Source of the DNA: Felis catus
Lineage: Eukaryota
NCBI RefSeq assembly: GCF_018350175.1
Contig: NC_058376.1
Coordinates: 137,950,001 to 138,014,000, forward strand
Direction: 5' to 3'
Length of the DNA: 64,000 bases
Shown here: one piece after another, positions 63,121 to 64,000 of the stretch
Numbering within the stretch: position 1 is the stretch's first letter
Layout of the letters: every line of letters starts with the position of its first letter
Notes under the pieces: generated by a model
What the model saw: the letters and a program-made list of their open reading frames with translations, nothing else
Database searches by the model: none
What the model was told of the DNA's origin: nothing
Translations under genes and position numbers: made by a program

Positions 63121-63804
63121 CCAGAGTATTTTTAATAAAGATTATGTGGCAGAGTAACAGATGTGCACCTCAAATGTTTGCATTTTTGAAAATCAAATGA
63201 AAATATAAATTTGGAAATGTCTGTTTTAATAATTCATAAACAGAGGAATTCTAAGACACTGGTTGCTACTTGAAGCTTATCATATTAGAGACAACATACA
63301 TACAGTGCCTAGCACAATGCCTGCCCGATATTGGTGCTCACTGGGTGAGGCATATATGTTTTAATGAACCTAATAAATTGCAAAGGAACTTTCCAAGTTC
63401 CTGAAGACACAAACCGGGTCTCTGAAAGCAGTCAATCAAGACAATTTTAAAAGCATGTTCCTATCCTTCACTTTGTTTATTTTGATCTCTGCAGAAAGAA
63501 AGTCTTCACAAAGAGGATACTTTGTCAATCAATATTCTGAAATGCTCCATCAGAGTGCTCAGTGTTCTTTCTGTAATATAACACTTTAACCTTGAACTTC
63601 TGCATTTAATCCATTCAGGGTTTATCAATCACAGATGTTCTGCCTGACAGCTTAACCTACTAGTTAATCTTTCATTTCTCCAAATGATAAAACCAAAGTT
63701 CAAAATAATCAAGGGCTGATGCTATTAAATATTCAAAATAGTGTAGGCTTCAGAACTGATTTCCTGATGGGATAATTTCTATAGTATCTATTTCCTTATT
63801 TCCT

Positions 63805-64000
63805 TATTATATATATGTGTATATACACACACATACATATGTATGTATATATACAAATTTAATTATATACTTTTATTTATTAAATATATGCATATTAATT
63901 TTTGTATTAAATACATAATTATATGTATGTGTATATATATACACACTTAACTATAGTATATATGTGTATATATATGTATATGTATATGTGTGTGTATATA
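63805..64000. repeat. (TA)n/(TG)n low-complexity repeat
   Basis: Direct reading. Confidence 0.9.

Noticed and set aside
1-64000. CRISPR arrays, operons, rRNA or functional tRNA genes
   Set aside because: This is mammalian intronic DNA. The dispersed repeats are SINEs with TSDs, and the tRNA-like heads lack intact cloverleaves.

Overview
Mammalian genomic DNA from a felid (cat-family) carnivore, judged from about 32 tRNA-derived SINEC elements of the cat type and carnivore L1 3' ends. I can support only one protein-coding exon: a 140-nt internal exon on the minus strand (57278-57417) encoding (G)GTCQSPALPALVRPPAPPLQPSLDIKPFLPFPLDTAAVNLFPNFNA. It matches my recollection of the second coding exon of ZNF385D, a matrin-type zinc-finger protein. 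The rest of the window is therefore intron: 1-57277 downstream of the exon and 57418-64000 upstream. It contains SINEC, MIR, L1, L2, MaLR/ERVL LTRs, hAT MITEs, microsatellites and seven short N-runs. Almost all ORFs in the supplied track are spurious. The most interesting structure clusters around the exon: an inverted SINE pair that could loop it out, a strong in-frame alternative donor (+12 aa), a candidate poison exon, and a young antisense SINE with cryptic splice sites. Other leads are a repeat-poor, promoter-like island at about 11-13 kb, an unidentified GC-rich segment at 14.3-15.2 kb, a fused inverted SINE hairpin and a duplicated AP-1/TEAD module. Nothing here establishes a new biological system; these are hypotheses to test. 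Repeat family names come from recognition by eye, not from a database search, and boundaries of old repeats are approximate.
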